Source: Patellaria atrata CBS 101060
Lineage: Eukaryota
Length of the DNA stretch: 64,000 nt
Assembly: GCA_010093705.1 (NCBI GenBank)
Contig: MU006120.1
Span: forward strand, 62,001 to 126,000
Direction: 5' to 3'
The notes beneath the pieces were generated by a model that worked only from the letters and a program-made list of their open reading frames with translations, had not been told where the DNA came from and did not search any database. Below, one piece after another: positions 24,899 to 36,468 of the stretch. The position numbers and the translations under genes were made by a program. Every line of letters begins with the position of its first letter. Position 1 is the first letter of the stretch.

Positions 24899-26338
24899 AT
24901 GTCACCATCTACTATCTCTCAACCTTTTCGAGTTGCTAGTCTGGACAATCTCGTCATCGGTCAATCAATCAAGCCCCTGGCAAATGGCAGTAATGGTCCT
25001 ACCATGACCTCATCCTCAGATTGGTCTCTTCCTGCTGGTTTGTATACCGTTCGACAAGTCGTTGAAGGTCTCGCACCCCTTCTCGAGGCTGTTGTACATC
25101 AACTCGGTCCTGATCCACCGGAGGATCCCCCAGCACGGGATATGTTACTAGATAGCTTGGCTTCTAATCTGAATATCGGAACCCGAGAATCGGCTCTAAG
25201 TATCTCAACGTCGGATCTTGGGCGGAAGGAAGTGGCCGATCAAGCCGTCAAAATCGGCAAGAAGCTCGTAGAATATGCCTCAGAGACTCGAGAAGTTCAA
25301 TACGTCAATGATTACGCGATTCGTAGTCCATGCGAGGGTCACCTTCTGAAGCCGGATGTTGCAAGATTGATGTTTGGTCCAAGAAGCTTAGCACATCTTA
25401 TGCAGGTTTATAACGAATATCTCCATCAGATGGTTCTCCTACGCGATGCTCTCATACCTTTTGAGAATTTCGAAGATGTAATGATTCCAATCCCCGGAAA
25501 GAACAGTCGTGAGCTCGGGCTCAGGTTTACTGAGCAGACCCGGACCTCGTTCCTTGCAGAGTTGATGACAAAACAGCTTACTCAATATGGTCTGTTCAGA
25601 GCTGCTACTTCTCTCGTCGCTCCAGAGCTTGGTACTTCTAGAGGAATCGCTTTTCAGTATCCACAAGGTCTGGTTCTACCATCATTCATAGCCGGTGGAA
25701 ATGCCTGTCGCCTTTTCCGATATCTTCCGGCAACTCTTGTTGATAATAAAGACTTAGTAGCATTCATCAGCGAAATTTCGGATTATTATTCCGCTCCAAG
25801 ATCCGAGATTGCAATATCTTCCGAGAAGTTGGAGCACATACCGGATGCACAGAATTCTTGGAGCGCTTCACCAAACGAAGCTATCGTACGTAGTAGGGTT
25901 TATTCAGAACATGGCTCGACAGCCAACGACGCCTCTAGATTCTTTCTCAAGCTACATATGGAGTTTGCAGATGGTCGAGAGATGACGGTTGACTTAGGCC
26001 AGATTGGCCGTGGTTGGCGTTACGCCTATAGACCTTCTCAATACCCTTCGGAACGAGCGAAATCGACGATCGGAAGGCCAATTCATCTTTACTCTGCGGT
26101 TGATGTTCTGACATGCTCAGGCTCAGGGTTATTGGTATCGAAAGAAGGTGGAATTCATCTGATTCCCGTGGCTAGCAGTCTTACTTCTTTAGCTCTTCTT
26201 GGTCGAATATACCCAGAGAATGTTGTAATCCTGGAGCCTCATGAGATGCTAACAGATGCAGAGAGCACGGGTAAAGGTTTGCCTGGAGCATCAAAATTCG
26301 TTATCCAGCATAAGGAGGCTAAGGGGATAGCTTGTTAG
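24899..26338 (+). CDS. Hypothetical protein, 479 aa, intronless
   Basis: Long uninterrupted ORF with globular composition, TATA box and AAATATG start context; no motif recognised. Confidence 0.8.
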   Translation: MSPSTISQPFRVASLDNLVIGQSIKPLANGSNGPTMTSSSDWSLPAGLYTVRQVVEGLAPLLEAVVHQLGPDPPEDPPARDMLLDSLASNLNIGTRESALSISTSDLGRKEVADQAVKIGKKLVEYASETREVQYVNDYAIRSPCEGHLLKPDVARLMFGPRSLAHLMQVYNEYLHQMVLLRDALIPFENFEDVMIPIPGKNSRELGLRFTEQTRTSFLAELMTKQLTQYGLFRAATSLVAPELGTSRGIAFQYPQGLVLPSFIAGGNACRLFRYLPATLVDNKDLVAFISEISDYYSAPRSEIAISSEKLEHIPDAQNSWSASPNEAIVRSRVYSEHGSTANDASRFFLKLHMEFADGREMTVDLGQIGRGWRYAYRPSQYPSERAKSTIGRPIHLYSAVDVLTCSGSGLLVSKEGGIHLIPVASSLTSLALLGRIYPENVVILEPHEMLTDAESTGKGLPGASKFVIQHKEAKGIAC

Positions 26339-27260
26339 TTAATCGGTAGGGGGAAAATCGATGTACATTAGAAACCAATGCTTTGTACTGCTACCGTATG
26401 AATTTTTATCTTTGCCATAGATCGCGGATTTCTCCAGTGGTGCCTATTTGACTTATTTAGATCATATGTTCCCTGATTGACACCTGTACGGTCCAGGTAC
26501 TGTTACAGGTTAACTTGATTACACGTGCAGCAGAGCCGGAAGAGCCTTCCGAGGCAGCCGCACAGTATACCGGGAAATATCTCGATTGAGATCCGTACCT
26601 TTCATACTTTTCTACGGGTCAATTCATCCTGTACTATGAACCCTAAAGGCCCTTTTACAGCAATCGCACAGTAGCCCACGATCCCCACGTCAAAGGGAAC
26701 GCATCTTCAAAAGTCTGCACCCCTACACTAACTATGTATTTCTCAAACGCGGAAGAGGACATTTCAGGTCATGAGATTGGCTCCCCCTGTTCCGCTCCTC
26801 TTGTTAAACTACACCATCTTCCACCCTGCAAAGCTTTAGAACCATGTCTATACGGTAAGTAAAGACTTTATAGAGTGATATTCTCAGGATCTAGTCAGCG
26901 CTATACGGATATACCGGAGTACGAGTATCTGCACGAACCCGGTGGCCCGGAACCAAAAAAGATATCTTTGCTATCTTCGGCGATACTTGAGAATAGGGGG
27001 TTTCCCTTATTTTAAGAAAGGCGCATCGATAGGTGTTTATTAGTGTCTCAAAACAGGGCGGACGGCCTTTAGGTCTAGAGCATTCATAGCCTTGTTCCCG
27101 GGGAACTATATGCGGCGTACGAAAGACTCGCAAAGCGTTCAATGTAGAGGTTTAAGGGGCCATTCACGTTCAGTTCGTCATAGTCTACGGTCCAATGTCT
27201 CGACACGCTCAATAGACAGCATTCGCACTTCCTTATTTCGACACGATCGCTAAAAGAAAC

Positions 27261-27420
27261 NNNNNNNNNNNNNNNNNNNNNNNNNNNNNNNNNNNNNNNN
27301 NNNNNNNNNNNNNNNNNNNNNNNNNNNNNNNNNNNNNNNNNNNNNNNNNNNNNNNNNNNNNNNNNNNNNNNNNNNNNNNNNNNNNNNNNNNNNNNNNNNN
27401 NNNNNNNNNNNNNNNNNNNN
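27261..27420. other. Assembly gap (160 N)
   Basis: Run of n characters. Confidence 1.
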
Positions 27421-28483
27421 CTCACTATAGTACCTAACTAACCTCCGACTTACTCCCTCCTCTTTCATGGCCTGTGAATCTTGGGACCTCGTTGAGGCTT
27501 TACAAAAGTGTGACTTTGAAAGAATCATTCCTGTGAGATTCAGCTCTGATCTGGGTAAAGGTAGTCTGAGATGGAGGACGACGGGGCCCGGGTCCCGAGA
27601 AGCTGAGGTGTATAGGATGAAGGAAAGGGCAGAAAGTGGACGGATAAGATATGGAGGGAAATTCTGGAGATTCTGTGTATTTCAGAGAGGCGGTACTGCC
27701 GGGTCAGGACAAAAGAATCAGACCTGGATCATCTTGGACCATAGAACGAAGGCCAGTCTCAATGGCAGATGTTGAAGGAAATGGAGTGGAGTCCATCCTT
27801 GGATCGTTTTGTGGAGATATACTCACCGATCGCGCTCTATCATGTTGCAATCTCGTGATGAACTTGTAGGATAAAACGGGTAAAGATTGGATGTGATGGA
27901 AGGCAAGCCCCGATAATGAGAGACGATGAAAAATCCTTCTCCTGAACAGCTATTACAGAGTCATGTAGCTAATGATGAATATACCTACGAGGTGAGCTCA
28001 GCACCTTGTTTAGTATAAACAACGTGACTTGCACGTTACAGAAACGTTGCGTGGTTTTCGGATATCGGATAGGAGGAAGGGCATTCGGTCCGAGAAGACT
28101 CCACACGAGGACCGAATCATGTGCCGAAATCCATTTATTTATCCTCCTTGCACATTTTTAAAGAGGCTCACTATTAAATCGCTCAAGTTGATGAAAGTAT
28201 GGATCATGATGATGAAGCTTGCGCTACATAAAATTTGTTAAGGCGTAGCTGGTGGCTCGGTCTATCAATCTTATGCACCCACCCCCCTGCGCCTAGCAGT
28301 ATATGGTATCATAAGTTCAAAAAGGGTGTAGTAATCTAAAGCAATGTAACGCCAATATTTTTTTTTCTGGTTCATGTCATGAGGTCCCCTTTCAATGCTC
28401 ATAGTTTCCGTCCAATGCTGAAATTAGACAACGTACATGACCAATAATGCTTCTTTCTGATCAGACTAAATTGCAGCATTGAA

Positions 28484-29600
28484 TCAAGAAAACTTGAATC
28501 TACTCGAGCTAAGCTCAGCGCCGTTTGGAGGAGCTTGCATGGCGCTGAAGTGAAATAGTTGCTTCAAACTACCCTGGCTCGGCGATGCATTTGCTATCGT
28601 CGCCTTTTTCTCATACAGCATCTCGTCGTTTCCCATCCCAGTGGACGTCTTCGCGGTTGCTAGAGATTTAAGGTTGACTGAACTGTTGTGAGTTGAAGGC
28701 AGCTGAGTTGTGGACATCGATGTGAACGGTACTACCAAGTCTACCGATCGGTGACCATACGATGAACCTTGCTTCCGAGGAGGTAAAGGTCTAGAGTATG
28801 GAGTTGCCGGAGTATAGGGTAATGAGATGCTCGCTGTAGATGCTGGAGTGTGAGAAAGCGGTGGTGTTGATGTGGTGGCCCGTTGGAGCTTCGGCCGACT
28901 CGACCGCATCGATGCTTCCGTTAATCCCTGGGAGTATTGAAATTGACGTAAATATCTTGCAGCTTCCGAATCTCTTCTGGATGCACTATCATCTCCTGGG
29001 TAGACATTCTCATCCTCGGATGATTCCGAGAAAGCCATGGAAGTTCGGAAAGGGTGAGCAGATGTCGGGGATCGTTGAGGTATTATGTCCCGTTTAGGGA
29101 GATCTTCGAATGTGAATGTGGAGTAGTTTGAGTATGGAGTGGCTGGAGGAGAATAGTCGGAGTTTAACGAGGTAAGTGAGACTTTGGTATTGTCCTTGCG
29201 ACGGCAACTGGTTTAGTATGTTTTAGCAGATGGACTTTGAGAGTGGTCTGGAACTTGGATTGAAAAGTACCTCTCTGAACAATAAAGAACGGAGTTATTG
29301 GGTACTATGATCTGGTGGTCACAGAATGCGCTTGTCTGATTGTCAGTGCTGATTCATGCATGAGGATGGCTTTGTTGAGGGGATAAGCCAAGATTGAGTA
29401 AGGATTTGATCATACCAGTACTGGAGGAAGCTCACTGCCATTGAGTCTTCGTCCTCTTCTTCTTGCTGAACAGGTTTCCCCTTGGGAGTGGTAGGAAGAA
29501 GGCCCTTCTTCGTCAGAGGGGCTGGCTTTGAAGGACGAGCATTGGAATTGTTTGGCTTTTTAGAGTGTACAGATGGTCTTGAATAGTACGTACTTGCCAT
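28484..29600 (-). CDS. Ecl1-family zinc-binding life-span regulatory protein; introns 29331-29415 and 29208-29270
   Basis: Spliced motif SFLQYCAFCDHQIIVPNNSVLYCSESCRRKD (C-x2-C...YCS-x2-C) followed by a Ser/Pro-rich tail. Confidence 0.85.
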
Positions 29601-30144
29601 TGGAGGTTCGTCAGAAAGACGGTGAGTTATTTTCAGGTTGTATGTAGTAGATAGAGATTGTGGACAGGACAGGTCTCTTTCGTGTGTGCGGCCGTATCGG
29701 GATGCAAATCATCCACGGCAAAGGAAAAATGCTGTGTACAGTACAGTACTGTACAATCTTGAACAGTACCTGGATCGGCGGGTCGCACAACTGATACGGC
29801 GAGACGGGCGTTTTTCCGCACAGAAAAATGTCGAGTCACTAGCAAAGTGGATGGATATTCGCGGCTTTGTCTCGAAATGACTGAAAGAGGATAACCCTGC
29901 TGAGAGGGGCTAAAGGAGGGGGTCGGATAGGGCCACTGGGGGGAGGGGGGGAGGGGGTGGTTCGAGGGGGGCCAATTTGGGCCTTATCTCGATACCACTT
30001 GGTTCCTGCAAGGGCATTGTGTTAGATAAGAATTTCAGCCAGGCACATCATCAATTCTCGCCGTGCGAACATAAGGGACTATGAGGTAATCGCTTATTCC
30101 CGCTAAGATGATGATGGTACTTCATAAGGAAAACTCCTTTTGAA

Positions 30145-30218
30145 ATGGAGAATGGAGAATGGAGGATGGATGATGGAGCATGGAGGATGGAGCATGGAGG
30201 ATGGAGCATGGAGCATGG
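30145..30218. repeat. 7-bp tandem repeat ATGGAG[ACG], ~10.5 copies
   Basis: Read directly. Confidence 0.9.
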
Positions 30219-30549
30219 GATTTGCTTACAATGACGTTGGAGCCTTCCTCGTTAGGAGCTGCGCTGAAAGGAAGAAGGAGCGTACGGTGACCTAGCTCTG
30301 GTTCTAGGTAACGACTGCTTCACCTCGGTCCCGGGTGCAAGACAAGCCTCTGTTTAAGCTTCGTTGCAGTCAATTACTCTTCTGTCGTGTTGCCGTGCAC
30401 AATTGATCGAGGAGTACAAAGTCAAGTATGGACGACGGGTGTGGTGGAACGAATTGAATTTTTGGTTGTTCAATGGCTTATCGAAGATTGCTTGAGGAAC
30501 AATGGCTGATTTGGAAACGGATTATAAAGAAGTACAGATATGGATGACT

Positions 30550-30616
30550 GTGTGGATAATGGCCGTGTGGATAATGGCTGTGTGGATAATGGCTGTGTGG
30601 ATAATGGAAGTGTGGA
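30550..30616. repeat. 15-bp tandem repeat GTGTGGATAATGGCY, ~4.5 copies
   Basis: Read directly. Confidence 0.9.
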
Positions 30617-31736
30617 CGTTTCCTTTTGGTTTCTTTGACATTCAAAAGGTAGTGGATTGAGGGAACCCTAAGATTATTATACCCAAAAGTCAAGAAAGCA
30701 TTTACTTCAAGCTCGGCGGCTTCCATATGATGGCGATAGATAATGCTTTCATCCCTATCATCCAGCGCATCATCAACCGAATCAAGACCAGAGGACGATT
30801 TTTTTCGGCGACGGCTTCCATTCACCCCACTGCTTTTCTCCACTGTCACAAGGCAGTTGCAGTGGGATTTTGCAGGCCTTGAATGCCCCGAGAAACTCTC
30901 TTTCAGTTTTACCGTCCGCCCTTTGGCTACAGTTAGTTACTAAAGTAGTCAACATCAAGGTGTTCGGCGGGTGCTATAATAATTTGCAGATGCGGGGATC
31001 TCTGCTACCAGATGCCACGCCTACATCTTCCCCGGAACCTATTGGTTTAGAAACTACGGAGTATATTGTGAACTATTGTAACTCTACACTTCGAACCGTG
31101 GCGCTCTCAATGCTGAATTCACTGGTTCTAACATGTTGGAAATAGAGTCAAACAAAGAAAAAAAAAAAAAAGGAAAGTGACGGAGCTTCCACCGATGTAC
31201 GGACAGCGTCAAGACATCATAGAATACAAATTCGAGAATGTTCATAGAGTACAGTGATGACCCTGCGGCTTAACATTTTGCATTCCAAAAGAGTATGTCC
31301 ATCCGTATTAACAAGATGGACGGAATACCTTATCGACTTATCAGTAAACGGTCGCTTACTTCGGCAACGCATTTTATCTTTAGTACTGGCCAATAGGCAT
31401 TCATAGAAGCATATCTGGCATTCCTCACTCAGGAGAAGACCTCCAAGAGCTCAAAGATCACCATGATGGTGAAGGTCTTCAACATTCTTTTCTGTCAGGC
31501 ACGACAATTTGGAAGATTCGAAGCACAGAGCGGCTCATATGCAAGTAAGCTCAAAAACTGATCCTTTTTACTCTAAAGGTAAATCTGAGACCCACATGGT
31601 CTTAAGCCCATATATTCCTATGTGATACGAATCACATAAAAATTCTTCTTTAGGGCATTTTGCATGGTAAGGCGTGATTGCTAGAGCCATCAGCGTCCTC
31701 ACCATCTAGGCTGACTCATATTCCACTCATTCAAGG

Positions 31737-33125
31737 TTATTTGTTGATGCTAAAGCAGGAGTGCCTGTCGGTTACCAAATGTCCTTGTTTCTGGGGAATG
31801 CTAAAATTATCCCTGGTACTGTACAGATGATTAGTACCTCGATGGATCATGTCTTCCTGGAGACTGAGTGATATGTAAGATTTTAATTGGTGTCCCGGTA
31901 GGGTAAAAGAGCCCCCTTTGCTGGGTTTCAGGCACCTGAACATATTCAATCATATTGGCTTCGAGCTTGTGCCTGGCTAAGATTCAATCAAGGTCAGCTC
32001 TGAATCTTATAACCATCTAGTGTAGTCTTCATCCTCTGCTTACCACAAGCTGCTAAGAATGACTGGAACGTCTTTTCATTCCGTATTGTAGCAGCAATGA
32101 GAACATCTGCAGTTGGACATAGAGCTAATAGCTCCCGGAGCGTAGAGACTAGTGAGGGAATCACGGATTTATCGTAAGTCTGCATCCCTGGTTACGAATT
32201 CTCCTCTGGTTGAAACTATCGAACGTGGATACTTACCACGTCAGCTCCAATGATCAGGCCGTAAGGTTCATCTGTAATAGTCTCTCCGTATGAAAACTCG
32301 GAAATTGACCACCCCCAGCGTAATACTCCAGCTTCTACACGTCTGTCTGCATCTTGATCATTGAGGAAGATATTAGTATTCAGGGAATCGACGATGCCTT
32401 CGTCACCATCTGTTGCTGTGACGTGCTTTGCGCCAAGGTGTTTTGCACAAAGAATCGATACAAAGCCAGTTCCTGCTCCTAGCTCAAGAATATTTTTTCC
32501 GCTGACATAATTCTTGCCATCATTACTAGAGAGAAATGCACCCAAATGAAGTGCAGCTTCCCAGGTGCGTAGTCCAGTGGTTCCTGTGGATGAAATAACA
32601 GAACGAGACTCAAGTAGGGTCACAGTTCGATCAGAAGAAGGTTCGGATTCTGATGTAAGTAAGGAATATGTTACATACGACTTCTGCTGTGCAGCGTCCG
32701 CTTCAGAAAGTAATTTGGAGCTCAGTAGTTCTGATAGAGAAGACATCAAATCATCAGATATTTCCTACGGTGAAGAAAATCCCATCATAGGTTAGTATAT
32801 ACATGACATAAAATGTTTGGAAATTGCGTGATATGACAAAGAGATAAAACTAAGGAGAAACCAGGAGTCGTACATCCTCTTCCGGGTCATCAATTGAGCT
32901 TTCGATCTTACGTATCAATTCCTTGAGCACACGCAATCTATAACGCTCGGGAGGTGGATACTGAATGTTATCGAGATCAAACATATTCTTAAAGATCCAT
33001 TCTTGTGAAATTGGACTTTTGAGCGTGACGGACTCCGGCCACCTCAAAGCATGAAGATCTACAAGTTGGAAGAACTGACGGCGTAAGAAAATCAACCCCT
33101 GCTGCATTTCATCTGAATGACTCAT
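31737..33125 (-). CDS. EFM3: Protein-lysine N-methyltransferase (EEF2KMT/FAM86A, Efm3 type), 4 exons
   Basis: FAM86-like N-terminus (LRRQFFQL...YPPPERYRLRVLKELI), GTTGLRTWEAALHL, ILELGAGTG, ATDGD, IIGADV|TYD, TIRNEKTF. Confidence 0.9.
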
Positions 33126-33464
33126 GATAAAAATGGAATATAAATAAAATTAATCGAAAATGAACAAGTATTAACAGATTTATGAGATCCTGCGATATGG
33201 TGATGTACGGAAGTACTTTTGTTCTTCTTAGAGGTTTAAGCGAAACGGTTAGCGTGCCAAGTCGCACGCAAACTTCGGTCAACATCGATTTTCCATAATT
33301 CGATGAGTATTTCCAACGACAACTGAGGGCGGCATCATAACTCTTGGAAAGAAGTATTGTCCCCTACTCAATCAAGTATGTTATACTCAGATCTACAATT
33401 TTGTGATAATGCAGAAATTCTAACGCGTTCAACAGCTCGTCTCAGTTCGCATAAGTCGCCCAAC

Positions 33465-34024
33465 ATGGCCGACGCTCAAGTCACCTTGCGCACGCGCAAG
33501 TTCATCCGTAACCCTCTTCTCGGACGCAAGCAGATGGTCGTGTAAGTGGCATGGAAATAGAAAATTGCACAATGGCGTTGGATAAAGATTCTGATGAGTT
33601 GGGATTACAGTGACGTCCTCCACCCAAACCGAGCCAATGTCTCCAAGGACGAACTCCGTGGCAAGCTCGCTGAGCTTTACAAGACCAACAAGGACACTGT
33701 TTCTGTCTTCGGTTTCAGGACACAGTATGGTGGTGGCAAGAGCACTGGTTTCGCACTCATCTACGATTCAGCCGAAGCGATAAAGAAATTTGAGCCGCAC
33801 TACAGGCTCGTCAGGATCGGACAGGCTCAGAAGATTGAGAAGGCTAGCAGACAACAACGTACGTACACACTAGTAAAAATTGATAGGAATAGTGGCTGGG
33901 ATATTGGTGTGATGAAACATTGGGCTGACGGATATTTTGAACAGGCAAGCAACGCAAGAACCGATCTAAGGAGTTCCGAGGCACTGCGAAGACGAAGGGT
34001 GGTGCGAAGAAGGACAAGAAATAA
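33465..34024 (+). CDS. RPS24: 40S ribosomal protein S24 (eS24); introns 33542-33610 and 33859-33944; probable 5'UTR intron 33376-33435
   Basis: [61 protein letters not shown]. Confidence 0.98.
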
Positions 34025-34737
34025 ACAGTTCTCAGATTACGGGGGTATGGGACGGATTATGCATTGCATATTCATGGTGCTGAAGACGGGGTTTGGAATG
34101 TACATTACGTACGCCTGAATAAACTCTTGCATCTCAATCGGCATTCACGGCGCGATTATATGGAGTTACACAAGAAAGATACAAACTGTCTATGACCCCA
34201 GATCATGGACCATGCTTTGAACGACCTACTGGATCAAGTATATCTTCACCACGAACATAACCGTCGAGCATGAAACTGCCCCTCATCTATAGCTCATACC
34301 TTCCATTTTAGATCGCGCGCGAATAATTACTCGACGGGACACTTATACCGGGTTTTGCTCAGCTAGAAACACGCGATAAGACGAGGAACGCCACTGTGCT
34401 AGAGTTGGGTTTCATCGCTTATTTTATCCGCCGTTCTGTGAAACTTGTTAGGTCCTTGGACTACAACGCACTTCAAACACTACAGTTCTTATCCTGTTCG
34501 CTGGTAGAAACTCAAGGCCATTATAGGAAGGATCCTTACGTGCCCTCGGTACAACTTGCACTGTAATTGCTGTACATTTGCCCTCCCCATGCATCCGCCA
34601 CATTAAGCATTAAATAGCTCCTATATGCAGTTTTACGTGCCTACTGAACACAAGTCCGCAGATATATCATGCGTACTATCGTTATACATATAATCATACG
34701 GAACTCACTCTCCCCTTCTCGGCGGCCCCATTCTCTC

Positions 34738-36468
34738 TCAACCCACCTCCATCTTCCCCACCGCTTCCTCCTGCTTCCCTTCTGCCCCTTTCGCATCCCT
34801 CTTCCAAAACCGCTCCGGCACCCCATACGCCGGCCGCCCACCCAGCGGCACATCATAAGCGGGTCCGACAAAAGCGCCCAGAAGATTACTCCACTGATAT
34901 TTCCCCGCCACAAGCCGACAAATGCATTTGTACGCGTAGGCATCGTGGTATGCAAGGCCAGTTTGAGGATCCAGGTACCTCGCGGGAAGAGCGGTGATCG
35001 CGCAGGGGGTTGGTGTAGTTTTGCACAATTTCCCTTTCTGCCACTCGAACAGCACTCTCAGCAGCGGTTCTCTATCTCGAGTCTTCGCATCCCCCAAATC
35101 GTCGAAATTCTGGAGAGATATCATGTTTCGTATTGCCCTCTCTACTGTTTTCCTGGGTGGGAGTGGGGGTTGTGTCGCTTGTGGAGCGGCGGGTGGGACG
35201 AGGGGAGGTCCGGGTGGGTATTGGTAGAGTGCGTTGTGGTCGCGTTGTTCTGGGGGTAGGGAGGCCCAGTAGTGTATACCGTCTAGGAAACCGGGGGGCC
35301 CTTGAGGCGGGCCGAACATGATTGTGCTTGGGTAGGGTGCTATATGGGTTGGAGGTTGAGGATAATGGGATGGATTTTGGGTCTGTTGCGCTTGAGGTGA
35401 ATTATCCGGGGGTTCGTTTTCTATGGATGCTGCTTCGTCCCTTAGTTCTGCGATTGCTTTGCTGCATGCTTTTCCGCCTATGTGTTTTACTTTATCGTTT
35501 ATCCAGACGGCGGGACCACTCCAGAACCTGATAAAGGGACCGTCGAGTTTCCGGTTCTTGAGTGCTTCGAGACGCGCACGTTGTTCTTCTTCCCGCCGTC
35601 GCTCGCTTTCTTCCCAGTGTGATAGACTATGGCGGTTCTCTTCTTCCACTCGGGCGGCGCGGGCGAGACGATCGGCTTGCGTCATTGCTTTGGGTTTGTT
35701 GGCTTCTTTGCGCTTCTCGGCAGCTTCCATGTTCGCTAGAATCCGCCGTCTATTCACCTCCGTGCTTTCTATGCGCTTATATGTCTCTTGCTTGTTCTTG
35801 ACTGTGAGCGTGCGGGAAGAGGAACGTGCGGTCAAACCGTCTGTCGGTAGGTAGGATGTTCTCTCGGACTTCTTGCGCGGCCGAGACTCAGGTTCAACTG
35901 GTATCGTGGGTGTTTCTGACTTCGAGGGAGCATCTGGCGCATCAGACTTCGAAGGCAATTCCGGCGCGATCTTTACCTTCTTCCTCTTAGCCTGTTGAAA
36001 CAGCCCACCTCCTACTCCAGCCTTTCTTTTCTTTAGCTTCTCCGCCCTCTCTAGCTTCTTCAGCTCCCTTTCCCCGGCCTCTTCATCCTGCTCCGCATCG
36101 CCCTCATCCTCCCTCTCGTCACCGGAAGACTCTAGTGCGATATCTTCCTCGACATCAGTCACTTCGAACTCGTCGTCCTCGGCCACCTCGGCGAAGATGG
36201 CTTGCATTTCCTCTGGTAGGTCTTCGGGTGGTATCGCTTCTTCTTCTATTGAGACTTGCCCGATAAGAGTCGCCATGCGATTCCCTGCATTGGCGCGTCG
36301 GGCGCGTGAGCGCACCATTGAGGGTTCTTCTTCTTCATCTTCGCTGCTAGAGGATGCTGCCGCGATTGGGGCAGGTTCGTCATGTTCCAACATTATGTTG
36401 TCCGAGATATAAGGCTCCTCAGCCGGCGCTTCATTTTCATCCCGCTGCTCATCCCCTTCGTTCGCCAT
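34738..36468 (-). CDS. VPS72: SWR1 complex subunit Vps72/Swc2 (YL1)
   Basis: RARRANAGNRMATL, acidic tract, MTQADRLARAARVEEENRHSLSHW, YL1-C CAITALPARYLDPQTGLAY. Confidence 0.93.
   Translation of the reverse strand: MANEGDEQRDENEAPAEEPYISDNIMLEHDEPAPIAAASSSSEDEEEEPSMVRSRARRANAGNRMATLIGQVSIEEEAIPPEDLPEEMQAIFAEVAEDDEFEVTDVEEDIALESSGDEREDEGDAEQDEEAGERELKKLERAEKLKKRKAGVGGGLFQQAKRKKVKIAPELPSKSDAPDAPSKSETPTIPVEPESRPRKKSERTSYLPTDGLTARSSSRTLTVKNKQETYKRIESTEVNRRRILANMEAAEKRKEANKPKAMTQADRLARAARVEEENRHSLSHWEESERRREEEQRARLEALKNRKLDGPFIRFWSGPAVWINDKVKHIGGKACSKAIAELRDEAASIENEPPDNSPQAQQTQNPSHYPQPPTHIAPYPSTIMFGPPQGPPGFLDGIHYWASLPPEQRDHNALYQYPPGPPLVPPAAPQATQPPLPPRKTVERAIRNMISLQNFDDLGDAKTRDREPLLRVLFEWQKGKLCKTTPTPCAITALPARYLDPQTGLAYHDAYAYKCICRLVAGKYQWSNLLGAFVGPAYDVPLGGRPAYGVPERFWKRDAKGAEGKQEEAVGKMEVG

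Noticed and set aside
17200..28000. Starship or other giant mobile element inserted at the tRNA
   Set aside because: No tyrosine-recombinase captain, terminal repeats or target duplication seen; the GH16 gene looks like a core gene
30478..30849. 123-aa ORF with (HYPHS)n His-rich repeat
   Set aside because: Non-ATG start, no other protein-like features, and the repeat is simply the 15-bp minisatellite read on the - strand
33859..33944. Box C/D snoRNA in RPS24 intron 2 (GTGATGA...CTGA)
   Set aside because: The boxes are only ~10 nt apart and the CTGA is part of the branch site
34641..36412. Multiple antisense and overlapping ORFs on VPS72 (likewise on TFA1, SRP72 and the lipase)
   Set aside because: Shadow ORFs of GC-rich or low-complexity coding sequence with no motifs
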